Assembly: GCF_000143415.4 (NCBI RefSeq)
Contig: NW_003314276.1
Location: 645,630-709,629 of the forward strand
Reading direction: 5' to 3'
Length of the DNA: 64,000 nucleotides
From: Selaginella moellendorffii
Taxonomy: Eukaryota > Plantae > Lycopodiophyta
Each line of letters begins with the position of its first letter. The stretch's first letter is position 1. The position numbers were made by a program, and so were the translations under genes. Under the pieces are notes generated by a model that ran no database searches, was not told where the DNA came from, and saw nothing but the letters and a program-made list of their open reading frames with translations. Shown here one piece after another: positions 23,955 to 38,633 of this stretch.

Positions 23955-26171
23955 GATCTCGATGCTCGCTCTGATGGGCTTGGACAATTGTTGATACGCC
24001 TATCGATCGATCAGCTCGTCCTTGACGAGTATGGTGTCAATGAATCAGATGATCGCTTCCTTCTCCCCTTGTTGTTTCTCCCTTCGTGTAGATTGCTGGT
24101 GGAATGCTGAGATTGCGGCAGAGGATTTATAGCAGTATCGCTTTCGAAGTTTGCCACCGGGTCAAAAGCATATACGAAATTCTCGCGTTGATCTCTTCAA
24201 TTTCTTCTCGAATGGGAAACATAATAGTCAAAGTTCAAACCACTAGGGTCAACTATACACAAGGAGGTATCGCGTCTTTGACCAGCGGACTTTCACTGAA
24301 AAGCAACAAGTTGAGAGGTCGGGATCAGTGTTCTCCTCCTTTTCACCTGGTGATCAAAGGTTTAGATTGGAAGTCCTGATGCCAAGTCTCCTTGACGAAT
24401 TGCCCAGAGTCTCGATCAAGGAAAGGCTCCCAAGAGTGGCGCCATCACACTCTGGGGCCACCACACTCTTGGAATCCCTGGCTGCTGCTGGCGATCGGGC
24501 ACATGTGAACAATGAGATGGACACAGATGGATCCGACCTGGCAGGAAGAATGGATGCAGGGGCAAAAAAAGTGGTGGGGAAGAGGATTGGCTTGGAACGG
24601 TGCAACGCGCAATGATCAAATCACGGTGAGGGTTTTGACTCAGCCTGGGCTTATGCCCATTTTAGAACCGCTACAACGTTTCTAATATTTACTGGTTTGC
24701 TTAAAATGTAATTAGATATACTTATTAATATTAATATTTAATTAGATTAATCTTGTATTTATAATAATTTATGGTTTGCTTAAGCAAAAGTGAAATATAT
24801 TTAATTCTACCAAATAATTGTTATTCATTTAGATTAATCTTGCATTTATAATTTCCAAACATGTTTATAATTTATAACTTTCCTAAACTCTTTATAATTT
24901 ATTTTTGGTGTGCTTAAGCAAACTTGTAGGGATATACCACCACAGATCCAGCATCGAGCAGTAGTGTCTGGGCTGAGGCTTGAATCCACAGTCATTGCTC
25001 ATCGAAACGAGAACTCGCGTCCCTTGCCTGCGTGGCTGCAAGCAACCAAAGCACTCACATACGCAACTTGGTCGGGGATCATCTCACGAAAGCGGTCAAT
25101 CGCTTGCATCGGAATGACTACATGCAGAGATCACTGATGTCCACGACACAACGTTCGATGGGAGAATGGTGCCAGGATGGAGTTCCAGGAAACGATGTTC
25201 CTCTCCCAGATGCCCTTGTTGGGCATTCCCCCAGCTCCATAGCTCGCACTCGGGCTCTTGACGCTGTGTTCCAGGTCACAAAGCTGGTGCACAACAACGA
25301 GGCCCAAGATGCTGCCAAGAGCCCGAGGTCTCCTCCATAAGCTGCTTCTTAGTTTTTAGTTTTAAGAAAATGGAGGCCTCGTTCAACAGTCGTATCTCAA
25401 GTTCATGTATTTTGCCTACAGATGAATGCTTACTTGAACAATGCCGCAATTGAAAACTGTCTTCTGGACGGAAATGAACAAAGGAGACCTTCAGGTAGGC
25501 AGCTCACGTTTGTCCTGCCAGCACATTTTCAAACTCAAAGCAATAGCTGCAAGCAAAAGTTGCACAAGCTGCTGCTCTGTCTGCAATTTCGTCTGGAACT
25601 GGATCCGCCGCTGACATTTCTGCTGCTGCTGCTGCTGCAGCTGCTGTTGCGAGCTCCAAAAAGTTTGTGCATTTCCACGAAGCAACTCTTGTTTGTTCCT
25701 CACGCCATTGCACTAGGAAGTATTGAAATAAGGCTTGCAATACAAAGCAAATTCAAAACCAGAGCAAACAACACAGTCCGCAACTGCCAGATACTCCTGC
25801 TATCATCGAGGAATCGGCCAACCCCATGCATCCAAACATCGCTCACTACAGCTACATCATCGATCTCCTCAGCTGCACCGCACACCCTTGTGGCCAAGGA
25901 GCTCAAGAAGGGAAACAATGCAAGCAAATTGTTTGTGTCATGGAATAGCAAAATGTAAAGTAAGTTTTCAAATCAAGATATTTACAAGATTCGGTCCAAT
26001 GAACTTCAAGGAGGCTTCTCGAACCAAAACTCTATAGGCCATTGCAAGCGTGCCACCTTTCAGATATACGTGCCAAACAGAGCTTGGTCCTACTGATTAG
26101 CGTGAGGCCTCCGTAAGAGAATGAGTTTGTAAAAGTCCACCACCGTGATCGTGATGGAAGAAAGACGGGCT

Positions 26172-27497
26172 CTACTGCTTGGTGTCCTTAAACCACCAGT
26201 TTGCTGGAACTCCAAGCTCTGCCTTGAGATAGTCCGATCTCTTGTTCACCAGCGCGATATCCCGGGTGCCTGAGACACTGAAGGGCTTGCTCGGCCCTTG
26301 GTAGCCATCAACCAGGTGAAGCAAGGCCTCCAAGTTGTGCAGATCGGTCAAGCCACCATCTTCCCTCAGAAACGGAGAGATGTCGCTGCTGAGCTCAAAC
26401 TCGGTGCCAACATGGGTGTAGGCCCATGGGAACCTGTGGAAGATGAGCGAGATGATGTCACAGCTGTCCTCGTTGACAATCACCCCTGGAACTTTGGGCA
26501 CCAGGTCTGCGCCATTGCGTGTCTGGAGGACTTTGAGCCCGAGCTCGAGGCACCTGTTCTTGAAACCCCGGTTCCCAACTCGGGGTGCCGAGAACGTGAA
26601 GACGGACACCGGGGTATTGCTCCCGGGCAGCCCAAGCTCTGTCACGTCGTAGGCGCTGAGGAGTGCAAGCGCGCCACCCAGGCTGTGGCCCGTGAACGTC
26701 ATACTCAGCTGCTCGCCCTGGTAGAGCCCGACCAATCGCTTGATCTCCGAGTGGAGCTGCTGCCTCGCGCTCATCCCGGCCTGATCGCCGGGGACTGGAG
26801 ACGTGTAGATGCTGAGAAATCCCGTCTCCACTTTCACGCCTTTGGTGTTGTGATCCGTGGGGTCGAGCCCGGTGGGGCGGAGGAGATCCTTGAGGTTCTC
26901 GATCCACTCGAGCTGCGTCACCGTCCCGCGCCAGGCCACCACAATGTCGCGGCGTCCCAACCGTCGGATGGCCTCGTCCGACGTGGCAACCGCCACGAAG
27001 CCCATCCAGTTGGTGTCCGACGTCCACGAGTCGTCGCCGGGTTGGGCGTTGGAATTGGAGCGCTTGAAGAAGCTGGGCAAGCCCAGCTGCGATGTTGCGT
27101 AGAGATAGGCCGTGATTTCGTATCCCGTGCTTGGGAGTCCCACGGATTGGAGGAGCTCCTCCTTGGAGAACTTTGTGTCTCCACAGAATTCCGAGCCCTC
27201 GCTGTATTCGAAGCCGTCGTAGCAAGCCTGCGCGAATTCGCCGTATCGGATGATCTCCCGCCGGAGCCGCTTGTCGATGGAGGCGTTGGCGGGCGGGAGG
27301 AGCGGACTCCAGTGGCATGCATCCCGCCAGCCTGGGGTCAGCACCAGCTGCGTCTCCTCCAGCTCCACAACGCGCGCGCCATGACCATCTCCTTCAGATC
27401 TCTCCAACGTTCTTCTCTTGAATGAGAATGACAATGAATCTCCTTCTCTCTCCAACGTCCTTCTCTTGAATGACAGTGAAAATGAAACTCGTTCCAT
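26172..27497 (-). CDS. PLA1/DAD1-like lipase, copy 5
   Basis: Intact ORF, catalytic motifs present. Confidence 0.94.
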   Translation of the reverse strand: MERVSFSLSFKRRTLEREGDSLSFSFKRRTLERSEGDGHGARVVELEETQLVLTPGWRDACHWSPLLPPANASIDKRLRREIIRYGEFAQACYDGFEYSEGSEFCGDTKFSKEELLQSVGLPSTGYEITAYLYATSQLGLPSFFKRSNSNAQPGDDSWTSDTNWMGFVAVATSDEAIRRLGRRDIVVAWRGTVTQLEWIENLKDLLRPTGLDPTDHNTKGVKVETGFLSIYTSPVPGDQAGMSARQQLHSEIKRLVGLYQGEQLSMTFTGHSLGGALALLSAYDVTELGLPGSNTPVSVFTFSAPRVGNRGFKNRCLELGLKVLQTRNGADLVPKVPGVIVNEDSCDIISLIFHRFPWAYTHVGTEFELSSDISPFLREDGGLTDLHNLEALLHLVDGYQGPSKPFSVSGTRDIALVNKRSDYLKAELGVPANWWFKDTKQ

Positions 27498-30400
27498 GAT
27501 CTCGATGCTCGCTCTGATGGGCTTGGACAATTGTTGATACGCCTATCGATCGATCAGCTCCTCCTTGGCGAGTATGGTTGCAATGAATCAGATGATCGCT
27601 TCGTAAAAAACTTCTCCCCTTGTTGTTTCTCCCTTCGTGTAGATTGCTGGTGGAATGCTGAGATTGTGGCAGAGGATTTATAGCAGTATCGCTTTCGAAG
27701 TTTGCCACCGGGTCAAAAGCATATACGAAATTCTCGCGTTGATCTCTTCAATTTCTTCTCGAATGGGAAGCATAATAGTCAAAGTTCAAACCACCAGGGT
27801 CAGCCAAAGGAGCTATCGCGTCTTTGACCAGCAGACTTTCACTGAACTTTCACTCTTGACTCTCATCCCTTCAGTAAAGCAGTTGCGAGGTCGGGATCAC
27901 TGTTCTCCTCCTCACTTGGCGATCATAGGTGTAAATTGGAAGTCCCGACACCAGATACTTAATCATCTCCTTGACGAACAGCCTAGAGTCTTGATCAAGG
28001 AAAGGCTCCAAGAGCAGCCCATCACACTCTAGGGCCACCACACTCTTGGAATCCTTGGCTGCTGCTAGTGATTATGGGTAGACAACAATGAGCCTGTAGA
28101 ACAAAGTGAGGTGGCATATGTGGATGATGAGAAGGTGCATCGTTAAGCCAATTTTTATACTTCTTAATATTAATATTTAATTATATTAATTTTTTATTTA
28201 TATTAATTTATTTTTTACATAAGCAAAAGTGAAATATATTAAGTTCTACAAAATAATTGTTATTCATTTAGATTAATCTTGTATCTAAACATATTTATAA
28301 TCTATAACTTTCCTAAACACTTTCTAGTATATTTTTGGTTTGCTTAAGGTGTGTAGTGGATATACCTCGAATATACTTGGATATTCTAGATTATTTACTA
28401 TCTAACCATTACTCTTTTCTAACTCAATTACGCTTTCAACCATTGTTTAACTGTAGGTACATGCATTCAATGGAGTATGTTGTGTCAGGAACAGCTGATG
28501 GAGTCATTTGCATCAATACTACAGCTCACACTGGACAATTGGGTTTAGTACAGCAGCAAAAGTAGTGGGAGGTATCAATGCGATTCAAGTTTCTCGTTTG
28601 ACATTCCTTTACAGGGTAATGTTCTTTAAGAAACATGTTTATAATTTATAAACTTTCCTAAACATGTCTTAGTATATTCTAGTTTATTTTACCATTTAAT
28701 GGTTAATATTCAATAAGATCAATCTTGTTTTTATAAATTATAAACATGTTTATAATTATAAACTTTCATTTGATTAATTAGAACTATTAAGTAAACCTGC
28801 AATGCACAGCAAATTAGTATTTATTTTACCATCTAATTTGATAAGATTAATTTTCAATTATAAATTGTAAAAATGTTTATAATTATTGATCAAATGGATT
28901 ATTCAATAATACTAAACAGGAATGAATTGTTTCAAGTTTCTTGTCTTTTTCAATGATCTCCACCTTGCTCCATTTTAGAATGAGGTAGAGGGCTATCTCT
29001 CTTTCCTTTACTTTGAAGCTCATGGTGAATAGCTTTCTTCTCTATAGCTAGAAAAAGTAATGAAGATCAAGTCATTAGTGTCTAAACCCAGACACTGTTA
29101 TTAGTGTTTGTAAGTCTTCATTCAAAAGTGGGATTAGGATTGTGACTATGACTTTTATCATCATGGTCCTAAAGCTCATTCTGTGTGGGAGAGGACACAC
29201 AAAATGTCATGGAAACAATACAGAATTTAGACAGTATTAAATGTCCAAACTTTTTGAAGGCTTTCCCTCTAGCTTGGGATGGAAAGGTGGTGATGGTATA
29301 TATGGACTTTTGAGCACTATTTGTAGGCTGACATTGAGAAATAAGTTACAAGCATAACACACATTTCGTTTTTGCAATGCTCATCTTAGTTTGGTTTCGA
29401 TTGATTGATCCCACCAATGAGTTTTTATTTTATTTATTTATTTATTTCCTTTTCTTATCAGTTTCTGATGATAGAAACCGAAATGGCATTCCAGACCTTG
29501 CAACCAAATCTTTTAGAACAAACTTTAAGGCTAGTACATGCAAGAGTAATTACAAGCAATAGAAGAGAAATCAGGTCTTCAAACCATTTGAATCATAGTC
29601 TTTCATTAGATTGAGCATTTAAGATTCTCCTGGATATAAGATTGTAAAGAAAAATGTGAAATAAACTGATCTTGACTGGAAATCTTTGTTTGAGTTTTAA
29701 AGCATAATAATCTATTGCTCAAACGACTATTTTAGATATGATAATGTTTTAATTATCCATGTTGGATTATTTTTATAAAAAATATATAAAAAACCATTTG
29801 AAAGAAAACCAAGATATGAGTTTTTGAACAAAATTTACAAAGAAACATATAAATATAACCTTTGTGATTTTTTTGGTTTGCTTAAGCAAACCTATAGAGG
29901 GACTGGGATGGTAATGGATAAATCTAGAATATGCTTGAATATTCTAGAATATTCTACCATCTAATGGTTGTTATTCATTTAGATTAATTTTGTATTTATA
30001 ATTTATAAACATGTTTATAATTTATAAACTTTCTTAAACCCTTTCTAGTATATTCATTTTATTCTATCATCTAATGGTTGATATGTAGATTAATCTTTTG
30101 TTTATAAATTACAAACATGCTTATAATTATAAACTTATTTGATTAATTAGATTAATAAGTAAGAATAACACTACTATTAAGCAAACCATACAATGTGTAG
30201 CAATTTATTTTAAGATTCAATTTCAAACTCATGTTATTGATGTGTTTATTTCAAGGGTTTATTACTAAGTTATTTTTGAATTAAGCTTTTATGAATGTTT
30301 TCTTCGTGTTTATAAAAGTGTTTATATTGCGCATTTTGATTACACGAGAAGAACTTAGATGCTTACTAGCAGCAGCTAGCAGCTCATACAATACCTTGCC

Positions 30401-30915
30401 TAATGCATTGTAATCCAAAAAATGAAAATACCTCTAATGACTGTTGTAAATTCCAATCTAAGTTGTGTTTTCTTACAAAATCCCACCAGTGTTTCCGTTT
30501 GACACCTTTGTGTGAGCCCATTTGCCACAGCACCATGCTGCGTGCGTGTCCTTTTCGACCAGTTCTCCTCCCAGCTTTCAGGTAAAGTCTAAAGCAGAAG
30601 GATGACTATAGACGTGAGAAACTTACTTGATCAAGTGTTCTCTTGCACTGAAGTAGTAGGCTCCTCATTATCACTATAGGAAATTTTTTTCAATGATGCT
30701 TGACGGGACCTATAATTAAGCATCTATGGTTGGAATAAGTGGATTATGAACTCGACAAGTCATGTATCGCCACAAACGGTGCATGAAGGTCGCTAGAAAC
30801 CAGTGGCTATTCAATTTTAAAATGGATCTGGGATTTCGTGGATGTTGTTTTGATTCTTGTGATACCAACAAGCGGCAGCAACTTCACACAAGCAGAAACA
30901 ACACTGCATCGCCCG

Positions 30916-32255
30916 CTAGACACCGATGTCGTGGTGAGCCAGGAGCTTGGTCATGGAAGATGTTTCTGTCATCTTATTGTGCTTGAGGAAGCGGGCCTTG
31001 AACTCATCATCATCAATGGGCGTTGCAGCCAGCCTTGCTGCAACCTGTTTTGGTGACAATCCGCGCTTGAGCAGGAAGCCCCGCCCCAATCTTGACATCC
31101 TCGCCATGTAACAGCCGCGCCTCCCTGGCTCAAAATCCATTGGCGTCACGTAGGACACCGTCGACCCCGGGTCGCCGAGCATGCCCAAGTAGTTGCTCGC
31201 TTCAAGCTGCATCTGGAGGGAGGGAGGCTTGCCCTGCAGCTGCCGCACTACGAATTGCCTTGTCTATAAACCATGCATGAGCAACAAAAAAAATTTAAAA
31301 AAATCAGAACGCTGAAGGCTCACTCACATGATCCGCTATTCGGAAGAGGTTCGACAGGAAGCTGTGAATAGCCGAGCACAGCCGCGCGTCTAACACGGCC
31401 ATGTAGACGTTCTCCATGTAAGGTAAGGGCACACAGTAATAAGAGAAGCAAGCCTTCCGCCGTCGCCCAGGCTCCAGCTCCACTGCACTTACAGTCCCTG
31501 TTGTTTCATTTCTTTTTGTCAATATTTTCATCTGGCTGCGAGGGAAACTTCCATCGCTCGAGCGACTGCAGCGATGAGTTGCAGAGCGGGATATCATCAA
31601 GCAAGAAATCCAGCTTTGAGGACCTCACGTTTACAGCCTTTGGGAATTGAGCTTTATACCGTGCATATGGGTTTCTTTCCTCCAGGCCCTAAAGCAGCAA
31701 ACTAAACTCGCATTACGTATTTCTTCACATACCACGCTTGCAGAGCTCCACCCTCCACGGAGAAGGCGAACTGTGCCTGAAGGCGGAGATGACCCTCCGC
31801 AACTCGAGCGTGGCATCCACGGCTTCTCTCAAGCCCGGCGGCACGTCTGCAAGGTTATCCACTCCCTCCATAAGTTGGCCAACCCTGAAAAGGGACTGAC
31901 GCCACGACCAAGTGCCCAGATTTCAGGTTCTTTCCAATGTGGAAGCTGTTTCCAAGAGCCATGGTTGCTCGAGAGCATTTTCCTGAGCGAAAGCCAGGAA
32001 GTTCCGGAAGCTTGCGGAGATGGTGCACTCTTGCCGGGAGGCCCAATCCGTGGTTGCCAAGACCCTGGCGTGCGAGCTTTCACAACATGCTGGCTCCACG
32101 ATTTGGCGATTGGTTCCCTTCATACTGAAAAGTTTTTCTTCCAAGAATCTGGAAGCGAAGAGCCACGTCGATCTGATTGGAACTTCTTGCGGGATCCAAT
32201 GTGTGAGCAGCAGCAGCACAGTGGCGATTGATGCGAGCGTCCACTCTGTTTCCAT
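30916..32255 (-). pseudogene. Unidentified multi-exon gene relic, copy 3
   Basis: Near-identical to 2328-3667 (+28588). Confidence 0.55.
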
Positions 32256-32463
32256 TTCTCTTGGAAGTTGAAAAAAGAATGAAACTTTGCAGGCGGCCAC
32301 ATTGGTCTTCGCGAATCGCCGCTGCTCGTCTCAGTCTATGGCGAGGCCGAGGCCGCTGGATCGTTCTGTGCCCACTGCATTCATTTCTTCCAGTTCCTGG
32401 TGTGCGACGTGCTAAGATCAATGCCCGTTGGTTTGATGGCTCCCAGCTCTGAGCAAGGCGAGA

Positions 32464-33015
32464 GCTTCGATGCCACCCGCGTACCTGGTTGATCCTGAAG
32501 TCCCTTGAACCGTCAACCTTTGGCTCACCTGGAGAAAGATATAGGAATGTGTTACTTACCGGGAAAGAACAACCAAGCCATAGCCACGAAGACTACGAAC
32601 AAAAGAAGCGAAGAACTGAGAGAACAAGGAACGAAAGCTACTCACCACATCGAGCGGGACGAAGATGAACTGCGAGACGACCGAGGGGAGAAAGCCCGCA
32701 GCTCCATTCGCGATGGCGGCGGCGGCGGTGTCTGGAAAGTTGAGCTTGGAAGTGAGGTTGAGCCGCCATCTGGGTCGCTTCGAGAGTTGTCAAGAACAGC
32801 ACTCAACTGGAAACAGTGCCGGCAATCACGGTCCAAATCCCCGGTAGAGTCCTCTCACTCCATCCGTGCTAAGAATCGATCTGAGCTTTCATATTGCTCG
32901 CCTCATTCTCGTCTTGATCGGGTAGAGCGCCGCCGACAAGCCCGATATGTTCTCTCGAGATTCTACTCACTGTCACAGTTCGCACGACACCACCACTGGC
33001 GCCATCACGAGCCAT
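32464..33015 (-). pseudogene. SLC25A44-like mitochondrial carrier fragment, copy 3
   Basis: Near-identical to 3876-4427 (+28588). Confidence 0.8.
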
Positions 33016-33530
33016 GGTGACAGACAGGGCTTCAACGACGAGGTCCTGCCAGAAAAGATCACCCATTAACGGAGGAAAGTGGAGAGAAAGTTGGATCACA
33101 TACTTGTGTTTCTTGTTTGCTCATTCCTGGCCTCCACGCTTGATCGAGAAAGCCAAATATATATGTCGATCCAGCTTAGGCACGCGGAGTGAAGATCCAC
33201 CGATTGGCACACCGAAGATGCTACGTTTGTCGTGTCCCAACCTCGGACGATCATACCAGCCTCGAGAAAGGAGCAAAAGCAATACAGACTGTTTATATAC
33301 ACCAATCAAAGCTGCTGCTAAACAAAACCTTGTTCGAATATCTCTAACCAGCCCTAGAAACTCAAAATAATAAAATAGTGTTTTCGCCCATTCCAGCCTT
33401 GACAATTGCTTGTTTCACCCATAAGGACGAAGAAATCACGAGAACAATCCAGATCGGCAAATGTAGACATGAGATTTGCGATCCTGTACCTACACGCGAC
33501 CCAAAGGAAAAGATGTTCACATTCAGGATC

Positions 33531-34080
33531 TTACAATCTGAAGCAATTGCTAATCAAGTTGGCACAGCCTTTTCCGCAACAAGAATGCTTCCCAACACTC
33601 CGCAGTCCGACGAGCTCAAACAATGCCGACTCCTTTGCGAGCCGGCGAGCAGCGCCATCCGGGAGCTCTCTCGGCTGGCTCAATCTCCACAGATCCAGCA
33701 TCGAGCAGTAGTGTCTGGGCTGAGGCTTGAATCCACAGTCGTTGCTCATCGAAACGAGAACTCGCGTCCCTTGCCTGCGTGGCTGCAAGCAACCAAAGGC
33801 ACTCACATACGCAACTTGGTCGGGGATCATCTCACGAAAGTGGTCAATCGCTTGAAATCACCGACGTCCACGACACAACGTTCGATGGGAGAACGGCACC
33901 AGGATGGAGTTCCAGGAGACGATGTCCCTCTCGGGCATGAGAGCGAGGATCTCCCAGATGCCCTTGTTGGGCATTCCCGCAAGGAGCGAGTTCAGCTCCA
34001 TAGCTCGCACTCGGGCTCTTGACGCCCGTGTTCCAGGTCACAAAGCTGGCGCGCGACAACGAGGCCCAAGATGCTGCCAA
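33531..34080 (-). pseudogene. PLS-PPR fragment
   Basis: Near-identical to 4943-5492. Confidence 0.8.
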
Positions 34081-35063
34081 GAGCCCGAGGTCTCCTCCAT
34101 AAGCTGCTTCTTAGTTTTTAGTTTTAAGAAAATGGAGGCCTCGGGCTCTTGGCTGTGGGGGATCAGCCCAAGCCACACTACATGCCCCCTGCCACGAATA
34201 ACACGAGGTGGCGGCTCGATCCACCGTGGCTTGGATCAACGGTAACCATTCTCTTGTGCATCAAATTTTAGGAGGTAAATAACGTTCAACAGTCGTATCT
34301 CAAGTTCATGTCCTTTGCCTACAGATGAATGCTTACTTGAACAATGCCGAAGAAGTACGATTGAAAACTGTCTTCTGGACGGAAATGAACAAAGGAGACC
34401 TTCAGGTAGGCAGCTCACGTTTGTCCTGCCAGCACATTTTAAAACTCACAGCAAAAGCTGCACAAGCTGCTGCTCTGTCTGCAATTTCGTCTGGAACTGG
34501 ATCCGCCGCTGACATCTCTGCTGCTGCTGCCGCTGCTGTTGCGAGCTCCAAAAGGATTGTGCATTTCCACGAAACAACTCTTGTTTGTTCCTCACGCCAT
34601 TGCACTAGGAAGTATTGAAATAAGGCTTGCAATACAAAGCAAATTCAAAACCAGAGCAAACAACACAGTCCGCAACTGCCAGATACTCCTGCTATCATCG
34701 AGGAATCGGCCAACCCCATGCATCCAAACATGGCTCACTACAGCTACATAATCGATCTCCTCAGCTGCACCGCACACCCTTGTGGCCAAGGAGCTCAAGA
34801 AGGGAAACAATGCAAGCAAATTGTTTGTGTCATGGAATAGCAAAATGTAAAGTAAGTTTTCAAATCAAGATATTTACAAGATTCGGTCCAATGAACTTCA
34901 AGGAGGCTTCTCGAACCAAAACTCTATAGGCCATTGCAAGCGTGCCACCTTTCAGATATACGTGCCAAACAGAGCTTGGTCCTACTGATTAGCGTGAGGC
35001 CTCCGTAAAAGAATGAGTTTGTAAAAGTCCACCACCGTGATCGTGATGGAAGAAAGACGGGCT

Positions 35064-36389
35064 CTACTGCTTGGTGTCCTTAAACCACCAGTTTGCTGGA
35101 ACTCCAAGCTCTGCCTTGAGATAGTCCGATCTCTTGTTCACCAGCGCGATATCCCGGGTGCCTGAGACACTGAAGGGCTTGCTCGGCCCTTGGTAGCCAT
35201 CAACCAGGTGAAGCAAGGCCTCCAAGTTGTGCAGATCGGTCAAGCCACCATCTTCCCTCAGAAACGGAGAGATGTCGCTGCTGAGCTCAAACTCGGTGCC
35301 AACATGGGTGTAGGCCCATGGGAACCTGTGGAAGATGAGCGAGATGATGTCACAGCTGTCCTCGTTGACAATCACCCCTGGAACTTTGGGCACCAGGTCT
35401 GCGCCATTGCGTGTCTGGAGGACTTTGAGCCCGAGCTCGAGGCACCTGTTCTTGAAACCCCGGTTCCCAACTCGGGGTGCCGAGAACGTGAAGACGGACA
35501 CCGGGGTATTGCTCCCGGGCAGCCCAAGCTCTGTCACGTCGTAGGCGCTGAGGAGTGCAAGCGCGCCACCCAGGCTGTGGCCCGTGAACGTCATACTCAG
35601 CTGCTCGCCCTGGTAGAGCCCGACCAATCGCTTGATCTCCGAGTGGAGCTGCTGCCTCGCGCTCATCCCGGCCTGATCGCCGGGGACTGGAGACGTGTAG
35701 ATGCTGAGAAATCCCGTCTCCACTTTCACGCCTTTGGTGTTGTGATCCGTGGGGTCGAGCCCGGTGGGGCGGAGGAGATCCTTGAGGTTCTCGATCCACT
35801 CGAGCTGCGTCACCGTCCCGCGCCAGGCCACCACAATGTCGCGGCGTCCCAACCGTCGGATGGCCTCGTCCGACGTGGCAACCGCCACGAAGCCCATCCA
35901 GTTGGTGTCCGACGTCCACGAGTCGTCGCCGGGTTGGGCGTTGGAATTGGAGCGCTTGAAGAAGCTGGGCAAGCCCAGCTGCGATGTTGCGTAGAGATAG
36001 GCCGTGATTTCGTATCCCGTGCTTGGGAGTCCCACGGATTGGAGGAGCTCCTCCTTGGAGAACTTTGTGTCTCCACAGAATTCCGAGCCCTCGCTGTATT
36101 CGAAGCCGTCGTAGCAAGCCTGCGCGAATTCGCCGTATCGGATGATCTCCCGCCGGAGCCGCTTGTCGATGGAGGCGTTGGCGGGCGGGAGGAGCGGACT
36201 CCAGTGGCATGCATCCCGCCAGCCTGGGGTCAGCACCAGCTGCGTCTCCTCCAGCTCCACAACGCGCGCGCCATGACCATCTCCTTCAGATCTCTCCAAC
36301 GTTCTCCTCTTGAATGAGAATGACAATGAATCTCCTTCTCTCTCCAACGTCCTTCTCTTGAATGACAGTGACAATGAAACTCGTTCCAT
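35064..36389 (-). CDS. PLA1/DAD1-like lipase, copy 6
   Basis: Intact ORF; translation appears identical to copy 1. Confidence 0.94.
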   Translation of the reverse strand: MERVSLSLSFKRRTLEREGDSLSFSFKRRTLERSEGDGHGARVVELEETQLVLTPGWRDACHWSPLLPPANASIDKRLRREIIRYGEFAQACYDGFEYSEGSEFCGDTKFSKEELLQSVGLPSTGYEITAYLYATSQLGLPSFFKRSNSNAQPGDDSWTSDTNWMGFVAVATSDEAIRRLGRRDIVVAWRGTVTQLEWIENLKDLLRPTGLDPTDHNTKGVKVETGFLSIYTSPVPGDQAGMSARQQLHSEIKRLVGLYQGEQLSMTFTGHSLGGALALLSAYDVTELGLPGSNTPVSVFTFSAPRVGNRGFKNRCLELGLKVLQTRNGADLVPKVPGVIVNEDSCDIISLIFHRFPWAYTHVGTEFELSSDISPFLREDGGLTDLHNLEALLHLVDGYQGPSKPFSVSGTRDIALVNKRSDYLKAELGVPANWWFKDTKQ

Positions 36390-38633
36390 GATCTCGATGC
36401 TCGCTCTGATGGGCTTGGACAATTGTTGATACGCCTATCGATCGATCAGCTCGTCCTTGACGAGTATGGTGTCAATGAATCAGATGATCGCTTCCTAAGG
36501 AACTTCTCCCCTTGTTGTTTCTCCCTTCGTGTAGATTGCTGGTGGAATGGTGAGATTGTGGCAGAGGATTTATAGCAGTATCGCTTTCGAAGTTTGCCAC
36601 CGGGTCAAAAGCATATACGAAATTCTCGCGTTGATCTCTCCAATTTCTTCTCGAATGGGAAGCATAATAGTCAAAGTTCAAACCACCAGGGTCAACTATA
36701 GACAAGGAGGTATCGCGTCTTTGACCAGCAGACTTTCACTGAACTTTCACCTCTCATCCGTCCAGTAAAGCAACAAGTTGAGAGGTCGGGATCAGTGTTC
36801 TCCTCCTTTTCACCTGGTGATCAAAGGTTTAGATTGGAAGTCTTGACGCCAGGTTTCCTTGACGAATTGCCCAGAGTCTCGATCAAGGAAAGGCTCCCAA
36901 GAGTGGCGCCATCACACTCTGGGGCCACCACACTCTTGGAATCCCTGGCTGCTGCTGGCGATCGGGCACATGTGAACAATGAGATGGACACAGATGGATC
37001 CGACCTGGCAGGAAGAATGGATGCAGGGGCAAAAAAAGTGGTGGGGAAGAGGATTGGCTTGGAACGGTGCAACGCGCAATGATCAAAATCACGGTGAGGG
37101 TTTTGACTCAGCCTGGGCTTATGCCCATTTTAGAACCGCTACAACGTTTCTAATATTTACTGGTTTGCTTAAAATGTAATTAGATATACTTATTAATATT
37201 AATATTTAATTAGATTAATCTTGTATTTATAATAATTTATGGTTTGCTTAAGCAAAAGTGAAATATATTTAATTCTACCAAATAATTGTTATTCATTTAG
37301 ATTAATCTTGCATTTATAATTTCCAAACATGTTTATAATTTATAACTTTCCTAAACTCTTTATAATTTATTTTTGGTGTGCTTAAGCAAACTTGTAGGGA
37401 TATACCACCACAGATCCAGCATCGAGCAGTAGTGTCTGGGCTGAGGCTTGAATCCACAGTCATTGCTCATCGAAACGAGAACTCGCGTCCCTTGCCTGCG
37501 TGGCTGCAAGCAACCAAAGCACTCACATACGCAACTTGGTCGGGGATCATCTCACGAAAGCGGTCAATCGCTTGCATCGGAATGACTACATGCAGAGATC
37601 ACTGATGTCCACGACACAACGTTCGATGGGAGAATGGTGCCAGGATGGAGTTCCAGGAAACGATGTTCCTCTCCCAGATGCCCTTGTTGGGCATTCCCCC
37701 AGCTCCATAGCTCGCACTCGGGCTCTTGACGCTGTGTTCCAGGTCACAAAGCTGGTGCACAACAACGAGGCCCAAGATGCTGCCAAGAGCCCGAGGTCTC
37801 CTCCATAAGCTGCTTCTTAGTTTTTAGTTTTAAGAAAATGGAGGCCTCGTTCAACAGTCGTATCTCAAGTTCATGTATTTTGCCTACAGATGAATGCTTA
37901 CTTGAACAATGCCGCAATTGAAAACTGTCTTCTGGACGGAAATGAACAAAGGAGACCTTCAGGTAGGCAGCTCACGTTTGTCCTGCCAGCACATTTTCAA
38001 ACTCAAAGCAATAGCTGCAAGCAAAAGTTGCACAAGCTGCTGCTCTGTCTGCAATTTCGTCTGGAACTGGATCCGCCGCTGACATCTCTGCTGCTGCTGC
38101 AGCTGCTGTTGCGAGCTCCAAAAAGTTTGTGCATTTCCACGAAACAACTCTTGTTTGTTCCTCACGCCATTGCACTAGGAAGTATTGAAATAAGGCTTGC
38201 AATACAAAGCAAATTCAAAACCAGAGCAAACAACACAGTCCGCAACTGCCAGATACTCCTGCTATCATCGAGGAATCGGCCAACCCCATGCATCCAAACA
38301 TGGCTCACTACAGCTACATAATCGATCTCCTCAGCTGCACCGCACACCCTTGTGGCCAAGGAGCTCAAGAAGGGAAACAATGCAAGCAAATTGTTTGTGT
38401 CATGGAATAGCAAAATGTAAAGTAAGTTTTCAAATCAAGATATTTACAAGATTCGGTCCAATGAACTTCAAGGAGGCTTCTCGAACCAAAACTCTATAGG
38501 CCATTGCAAGCGTGCCACCTTTCAGATATACGTGCCAAACAGAGCTTGGTCCTACTGATTAGCGTGAGGCCTCCGTAAAAGAATGAGTTTGTAAAAGTCC
38601 ACCACCGTGATCGTGATGGAAGAAAGACGGGCT